From positions 289,124 to 353,123 of the IMG/VR virus record IMGVR_UViG_3300044640_001495: a stretch of 64,000 nucleotides of DNA. One strand, given 5' to 3'. Below the pieces are notes generated by a model that saw only the letters and a program-made list of their open reading frames with translations, did not search any database and was not told the origin of the DNA. Position 1 is the stretch's first letter. Every line of letters begins with the position of its first letter. Of the stretch, positions 57,602 through 64,000 are shown piece by piece. The translations under genes and the position numbers were made by a program.

Positions 57602-60600
57602 ACAACCAATCAATGTAGGAACATCACCTAACGACAATCGCGGAGACAGTTTACGGGCCGCCTTTCAAAAGATCAATGCTAACTTCACAGAATTATACAC
57701 TGCACTAGGGCTAGACGTTGGTGCTTTAAACCTGGGAGCATTTGAGTTTACGGGCAGTGTGATGAGCACTACTGATAGTTCAGCAATCACTATCGATCAA
57801 GCAACTACCATAACCAGCAACTTGACTGTGGGTGGGGACATATTACCCAGCACAAACTTAGGTGGAAACATTGGTAGTCCTACTCAAATGTGGAAGAGTC
57901 TGTATGTCAGCAACAACACCATATACATCAACAATGTTCCATTAAGAATTAACGCTGCCTTAACAGTCACCGATGACGGCGATTTATATGTTGACGGGCA
58001 GTTGTTTTCAGGCGGTGGCGAAGCAGGGCCACAAGGACCGCAGGGTATTCAAGGTGCTACTGGACCAGCAGGACCCACAGGACCACAAGGAGTTGCAGGG
58101 CCTACAGGCGCCACAGGTGCTACTGGCGCACAGGGAACCACGGGACCAGCGGGACCTACAGGTGCTACGGGAAGTCAAGGCACCACAGGCGCAAAAGGCG
58201 ATACCGGACTTACAGGACCAGAAGGACCTACGGGACCTACGGGACCAAGTGGTGCTGCTGGAGCTGCCGGGTCGACCGGACCACAAGGCGATACCGGACC
58301 ACAAGGCTCTACAGGGCCTGCTGGCGCACAAGGAGTTGCGGGAGCAAAAGGCGATACTGGCGCACAAGGTGTTTCAGTAACACTACAAGGTACCAAGGCA
58401 ACAATAGCAGATTTACCTGCGGCACCAGTAAACCCAGCAGACTTTGCCGGACACGGTTGGATTGTTACCACAGGTGATGGTCTTACTCCAGTAATCCAAT
58501 CAGCCCCACATTTATTTGATTGGATTGGATACGCGGATACACCTGTATGGACTCCGACTTTAGATGCAAATGTAATCGCATTTAAATTAATAAATGTCGG
58601 ACAAGGCGATACTGATCCACTAGGACAATATTTACTTTATACATTAGATGGGACAACTCCAGACATTGCAACAAGTCAACAACTATATGTTCCGTATCAA
58701 GGCGAATCAATCACAATATCTGTTCCAACTGACGGAGTTTTAAAACTAAGAGATTTCAACAACCCTGGACAAGTCAGTCATTATAATAGAACATTTATTT
58801 TAGAACAAACTCGACAAACTAATGCAGACGGTAGTCTGTGGTTTTGGAACTTGATAGATGCTGAATGGAATAATGTAGGACCTATTGTGGGTCCACAAGG
58901 CGATCAAGGAGATACAGGACCACAGGGACCTACGGGGGCTACAGGACCACAGGGTGCTACGGGAGCCACTGGAGCAGCTGGTGCAAAAGGCGATACTGGC
59001 GATACTGGCCCAGCAGGACCTACGGGACCCACAGGCGCACAAGGCGCTACTGGCGCTACAGGCGCACAAGGGGAAAAAGGCGATACTGGCAATACAGGAC
59101 CACAAGGGGTTGCTGGACCAACTGGCGCTACTGGCGCTACTGGCGCACAAGGCGCTACGGGACCAGCAGGACCTACAGGGGCAACTGGACCCACAGGGGC
59201 AACTGGACCACAAGGACCTGCAGGTCCAACTGGGCCACAGGGACCACAAGGCAATGCAGGCGCTGATGGAGCAGAAGGACCACAAGGACCAGCAGGCAAT
59301 GATGGAGCACCTGGACTTCAAGGTGAAAAAGGTGAAACTGGCGAACGTGGTGAACCAGGCGGCAATGCCAACACTGGTGATATTACATTTGAAAATAACA
59401 AGATTATTGCGGACCCAGGAGCAGTCTTCCAACTCGAATCCAAAGACGACGACGATGCCCTTCGAGCCTACTTTAGACTAGATCCAAACAATGGCCTAGC
59501 AACAATGCGAGCACGAGGCGATCAACAGTCCGAAACATTTGCGGGCGGCTGGGCCTCAGCGGTGTGGACTGGCACAGGCGGCACAGGAGAAATAGCATTT
59601 ACTAGTGCTAGTGATCTCGCAACCTTTGCCGACGATGGTTTGGCTGGTGCTGTCAATATTACAATTTCCGTCAACGGTGGAGAATTTATTGCATTCGACG
59701 GTAGCACAGGAAGCCCCGGCAATGTTACATTGTATATCAATGCGGCACCTCCCGAAAATCCTACTACGGTAACTAGTATCGAGTTTAGATATTATAGAGA
59801 ATCTCGCATCGAAATTGACACTGACGATGACGAACTCACTATCTACGGTGATGGGCTCGATGTCAACATTACTTCAACGGAAAACATTAGATTAGAATCT
59901 TCTGAGGCCAATGTCGTTGGCAGTGAGTTCGCACAGATAGAAAGCAACAACAACTATGTATGGGTTGACAACGCTGGTGCTCATATTGAAATTAGTGGCG
60001 GTGGCGATTTTAAATTTGAATTCGTTGATGACACCACAAGACTACGACTACCCCCAGGCGGCGATATTGTAGACAGCAGTGGTGCTAGTGTACTAGGTGG
60101 TGGCGGATTATCTATCACAGACTTTGGCCTAGGCTTTACTGACTCATTAGATGATGGAAAGATTACCACCAGCAAACTGTACAATGAAAATCCTAACCAG
60201 GGACTCAACAACCTGTATGTACTGGAAGTCACCAATGGTGGTGTTGTAGTATTGCCAGATCAAAGCATTATCAACGGTGCTACACTAAAAACCGTAGCAG
60301 GCAACTATGCTGGTATCACAGCAGGCCCGCAAGGTGCTGATGAAGATTCATGGGTATGGGTTGACAACGATGGCGCTACTATTGCCACAAAATACAGTAC
60401 AGATGCTCATACTTGGACATTTAACAACAGTGGTGCATTAACATTCCCACAAGGCACCACAATTGCCACCGCTGACGGAACAGATGCATTTATCATAGGC
60501 GGTGCTGTTGACAAAGATATTCAAATATATACCTACAGTGGTCCTACTCCTACTGCTCACGGTTGGACCTTTGGCACGGATGGCAATTTAGAATTACCAA

Positions 60601-63600
60601 CTGGTGGCCTAATATCAAATTATCCAGGTGGCCCGGGTGGCATCAACAACGACAGTTGGTTTGTAACACCCGGCAACGGTACTGGCGGTGTTTCCAGCCA
60701 AGACGGTCAGCAATATATACAGATAAACGATAATTTGTATGTTGAAATCGGCACAAGTTACGGCACAGCAAACCAATCTATTTGGCAATTTGGCCTCGAT
60801 GGCAATCTAACACTACCAGCAGGCGGAGACATCTTGGACAGCAACGGTGCCAGTGTGCTAGGTAGTGGCAGTAGTAGCACAGTGGTCCGCCAGGACACAG
60901 CACCCACAGCAGCCAATGGCACCTTATGGTTCAACACACTAGAAGGCAGACTCTATATCAAGTACAGCGATCAGTGGGTTGATGCGGCTCCTCTAGTTCA
61001 ACCACCACCAGACACTGACCTTGATGTTAATTCTATCACATTCGCAGACGCCAGTGTTCAAACTTCAGCATACTCTGATAGGTTAATCAACAATAACTGG
61101 ACAGTATTCTTTGGAGAGTTTGGGCAGTTACTAGTACGCAACACCAACACTGAACAAAACTATTTTAACCTTACACCAATTGAAAACGAAGACGATACAT
61201 ACGGAGTCCAAATTGGCATAGGCAATCAAGCAAGTTGGACATTTTTAGATAATGGTAATTTAACATTACCTGGTGGACAACAGATCGGAGGCAGTGACAG
61301 TACCCAAGGTATCGCATTGACCACCGACCGTGGAACAGTATTGTTTGGTAATACTCCTGAACAATGTGTTCCTACCCAATCAAGTCATTTCCACATCATG
61401 CGTGATGACCCTACCACTGTAGATCTATTCTTTGGTGATGACTTTAACTATGTCAAGTTACCCTATGATTCAACTTTGACCAACGTGGGTGTACAGATTG
61501 GTACAGATGCGACAAATCTTTGGAGTTTTGGTAAAGATGGTAATTTAACTGTCCCCGGCGATATCCTTAGTGAAGGCAACATCAACATTGACATCAACCT
61601 AAGTGACTCAACACTGCGAAGATGGCAGTTTGGTGAGGATGGAAATCTAACATTACCTCCAGGTGGTGACATCTTAGACAGTGAAGGTAACTCAGTTTTG
61701 GGCGGTGGCGCAGGTAATAGTAATGTTTGGGTACAGACATTTGAAACTCAAAACGGTGCTCCAACTGACATTGTAGTAATAGCAATCAGTGTGGAATACG
61801 ATGACGCGGGCAATGTGATTGCCTTGTTCTCACACTTCAACGATGATAATAATGCTACTTATTATTCCGTGGGCAAGTACACCACCACAGGCGCCAAGAT
61901 ATGGACAGCAAGATTTGACGATGAATTTAACACAGACGGTTGGGGGCTGGCAGTGGACAACGACAGTGACTCGATATATGTGGCAGGCGAGACAGAGGCC
62001 GAGGGTGGACAAGTCAACGCTACCTTGACCAAAATTGACAGCACTGATGGCAGCGTCATATGGAGCAAGATCTACGACTTTGGATTCAGTAGTCAAAGTT
62101 CGGTAGTGGATGTGGCCTCAGACGGTGACCCGGTTATGGTGGGATATGCCAGCAACGGCACAGATAACTATGTTGCCACTACCAAGGTAGATGCCGCAGA
62201 CGGCACAGTGATATGGTCAAGAAGTCTAGACGGGCAGGGCGACGATGAAGCCTATGGTATGGCAGTTGGACCAACTGGTGAAGTAGTGACTATTGGTTAT
62301 ACAGATACATTTGGAGTACAGAATGCGGCTGACAATTTGTATGCTGACTTAGAAGGCAATCTAAACTGGACCGTGGGCGGCTCGATAAACTTTAATGGAG
62401 TCACAGCAGATTTTACTTTTGCGGCTGGCATCCCTACATTTACCAACATTGTTGATACTGTGGGCGGCAGAGAAGTAGACGATGTCCTCGGCACAGTGTT
62501 AGGTTCCACAATTGGCGGAGCAGACGGCACAGACGATATGGTAGTCAAGGTTGAAACTACGGCCGCTAACGATACTGACAACCGTATGCTGATTGTCAAG
62601 TACAATAGCGCAGGAGCAATACAGTGGCAAAAGGCCGTGCAGTTTGACGACAATGAGGGCTGCCGCGGAGCAGATGCTGACATTGATGCGGATGGCAACA
62701 TCTATGTGTGTGGCAATCATGATACTGTAATTGGTGTAGCAATGAATCTAGTCAAGTTCAACAGTTCGGGTGTTAAGCAGTGGAGCAGACGAATAGTGGG
62801 CGACTGTGTTGACTTTGCCACCAGCGTGGTAGTAGGACCTGACAACAACCTATACTTGACCGGTGTAACATCCACCCCTGACACTAACGATGTCACTTGG
62901 GTGGTGGCCAAGTACAACACTACTGGATCAGTGATATGGCAACGACTAATTGAAAATACCGCCAGTTGGACATTCACCGGTAGTATTTTCTTTGAGAATG
63001 CTGGCGGCAGTAATATTGCTGTGAGTCCTGATTATGTGCTACTGGGCGGCGGCTTTGGTACCTTTGAAAACGACGAGGATCCAACAGCCACAGTGGTACA
63101 GATTGACACCAACGGTACTCTGTTCTCAATAGGCAATTGGGCTCTTACAGCCGCTTCATTCACAGGCAATTTAGATGACTCAGCCAGCGATATCACAGTG
63201 GTCAACGCTGGTAAAGCTAACACAGACAATGCTGAAAACATCACCACCAGCACAGTGACACTGACCACAGAAGTCAGCGGATTCTTAATAGGTACATTAT
63301 ATAACGCACCTGATGGCAACGACAGTTTGGTCAACGGTGAGTATTCAGTTAGCCTGGGCAATACTGGTACTTTAACATTACCTGCTGGCGGTACAATCAC
63401 CGAAGGGTTCGTTACCAGCAATCCAACTATTCAACTTACACCAGCAACGCCAGCAGTGGCCAGCCAGAAGTTGGTGATCAAGGGCGGCGGAAACTATTCA
63501 AATACAGAAAACGGTATTACGGTAACCCTCAATAACATTATACAGTCCGCAAGCAGTTTGAACAATGTGTATGTAGAGTCAGTGGCCAATGCCGATCAAA

Positions 63601-64000
63601 CACTTTACTGGTGGATCTATCCAGAGGGTATTGGACTCGCAAATCCAGAGTCGGGCACAGTTGTATTAGATGAGTTCGGTGATGGCTCCTTTGGTTATGA
63701 ACTAATCAGTGAGAACTATGAATTTACTGTGCGGGTGTCACCTGAAGACAATAACTACGACCCTGATAATACAGGTGCTGAATCAGTACTGATTAACAGT
63801 AGCGCACCTACATATGAAGGTGAGCACCACCTACACTTGACCACAGGCAATTTAGAAGTGACCAGTATCTTCTTGGGCACAGACGATCACAATGTGCGTA
63901 CTACTACTAATGGTAATATACAAATTACTACACCTAGTGAAACTAATCAAGTTTGGGAGTTTGACACAGATGGTAATTTAACTATTCCTGGTGATATTAA
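57594..64000 (+). CDS. large tail-fibre/adhesin protein with collagen repeats (over 2,135 aa, 3' end off the window)
   Basis: [35 protein letters not shown] (T4 gp9/gp10-type N-terminus); Gly-X-Y tracts; repeated WxFxxDGNLTLP motifs; propeller-like block; frame is consistent to the window end. Confidence 0.88.
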   Translation, partial: MAKQPINVGTSPNDNRGDSLRAAFQKINANFTELYTALGLDVGALNLGAFEFTGSVMSTTDSSAITIDQATTITSNLTVGGDILPSTNLGGNIGSPTQMWKSLYVSNNTIYINNVPLRINAALTVTDDGDLYVDGQLFSGGGEAGPQGPQGIQGATGPAGPTGPQGVAGPTGATGATGAQGTTGPAGPTGATGSQGTTGAKGDTGLTGPEGPTGPTGPSGAAGAAGSTGPQGDTGPQGSTGPAGAQGVAGAKGDTGAQGVSVTLQGTKATIADLPAAPVNPADFAGHGWIVTTGDGLTPVIQSAPHLFDWIGYADTPVWTPTLDANVIAFKLINVGQGDTDPLGQYLLYTLDGTTPDIATSQQLYVPYQGESITISVPTDGVLKLRDFNNPGQVSHYNRTFILEQTRQTNADGSLWFWNLIDAEWNNVGPIVGPQGDQGDTGPQGPTGATGPQGATGATGAAGAKGDTGDTGPAGPTGPTGAQGATGATGAQGEKGDTGNTGPQGVAGPTGATGATGAQGATGPAGPTGATGPTGATGPQGPAGPTGPQGPQGNAGADGAEGPQGPAGNDGAPGLQGEKGETGERGEPGGNANTGDITFENNKIIADPGAVFQLESKDDDDALRAYFRLDPNNGLATMRARGDQQSETFAGGWASAVWTGTGGTGEIAFTSASDLATFADDGLAGAVNITISVNGGEFIAFDGSTGSPGNVTLYINAAPPENPTTVTSIEFRYYRESRIEIDTDDDELTIYGDGLDVNITSTENIRLESSEANVVGSEFAQIESNNNYVWVDNAGAHIEISGGGDFKFEFVDDTTRLRLPPGGDIVDSSGASVLGGGGLSITDFGLGFTDSLDDGKITTSKLYNENPNQGLNNLYVLEVTNGGVVVLPDQSIINGATLKTVAGNYAGITAGPQGADEDSWVWVDNDGATIATKYSTDAHTWTFNNSGALTFPQGTTIATADGTDAFIIGGAVDKDIQIYTYSGPTPTAHGWTFGTDGNLELPTGGLISNYPGGPGGINNDSWFVTPGNGTGGVSSQDGQQYIQINDNLYVEIGTSYGTANQSIWQFGLDGNLTLPAGGDILDSNGASVLGSGSSSTVVRQDTAPTAANGTLWFNTLEGRLYIKYSDQWVDAAPLVQPPPDTDLDVNSITFADASVQTSAYSDRLINNNWTVFFGEFGQLLVRNTNTEQNYFNLTPIENEDDTYGVQIGIGNQASWTFLDNGNLTLPGGQQIGGSDSTQGIALTTDRGTVLFGNTPEQCVPTQSSHFHIMRDDPTTVDLFFGDDFNYVKLPYDSTLTNVGVQIGTDATNLWSFGKDGNLTVPGDILSEGNINIDINLSDSTLRRWQFGEDGNLTLPPGGDILDSEGNSVLGGGAGNSNVWVQTFETQNGAPTDIVVIAISVEYDDAGNVIALFSHFNDDNNATYYSVGKYTTTGAKIWTARFDDEFNTDGWGLAVDNDSDSIYVAGETEAEGGQVNATLTKIDSTDGSVIWSKIYDFGFSSQSSVVDVASDGDPVMVGYASNGTDNYVATTKVDAADGTVIWSRSLDGQGDDEAYGMAVGPTGEVVTIGYTDTFGVQNAADNLYADLEGNLNWTVGGSINFNGVTADFTFAAGIPTFTNIVDTVGGREVDDVLGTVLGSTIGGADGTDDMVVKVETTAANDTDNRMLIVKYNSAGAIQWQKAVQFDDNEGCRGADADIDADGNIYVCGNHDTVIGVAMNLVKFNSSGVKQWSRRIVGDCVDFATSVVVGPDNNLYLTGVTSTPDTNDVTWVVAKYNTTGSVIWQRLIENTASWTFTGSIFFENAGGSNIAVSPDYVLLGGGFGTFENDEDPTATVVQIDTNGTLFSIGNWALTAASFTGNLDDSASDITVVNAGKANTDNAENITTSTVTLTTEVSGFLIGTLYNAPDGNDSLVNGEYSVSLGNTGTLTLPAGGTITEGFVTSNPTIQLTPATPAVASQKLVIKGGGNYSNTENGITVTLNNIIQSASSLNNVYVESVANADQTLYWWIYPEGIGLANPESGTVVLDEFGDGSFGYELISENYEFTVRVSPEDNNYDPDNTGAESVLINSSAPTYEGEHHLHLTTGNLEVTSIFLGTDDHNVRTTTNGNIQITTPSETNQVWEFDTDGNLTIPGDI
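58016..59360 (+). repeat. two collagen-like Gly-X-Y coding repeat tracts
   Basis: GGN every 9 nt over about 58016-58373 and 58889-59360. Confidence 0.9.

Noticed and set aside
57973-59481. Q/D/L-rich and Cys-rich ORFs in the track
   Set aside because: They are alternative-frame shadows of the collagen repeats in the fibre gene.

Overview
This is a 64-kb piece of a large, T4-like (probably jumbo) tailed-phage genome read in the standard genetic code. The left part (1-19.5 kb) holds replication genes (UvsW-like helicase, probable clamp-loader small subunit, a miniature DnaE, primase, gp41-like helicase) mixed with sugar and modification enzymes. The middle (about 20.5-39 kb) is a one-directional minus-strand array of small early genes built from about 27 sigma70-type promoter cassettes, with three tRNAs at its right end. 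The right part holds host-like metabolic genes (YqgE, radical SAM, PBP, DNA ligase, ClpP, most of an ADP-heptose pathway, ALA synthase) and a collagen-containing fibre gene of over 2,100 codons that runs off the window. The most unusual signals are in the early array. (1) A 920-bp stretch (26031-26950) has no GA or GG dinucleotide on the template strand. (2) Two 3'-UTR hairpins display a loop complementary to the extended ribosome-binding site GGAGCGAA shared by many early genes. (3) A promoter-driven, highly structured non-coding RNA of about 320 nt has no family I recognise. (4) A palindromic operator sits near -60 of several promoters, even inside coding sequence. Product calls come from motif recognition by eye, and all counts are manual.
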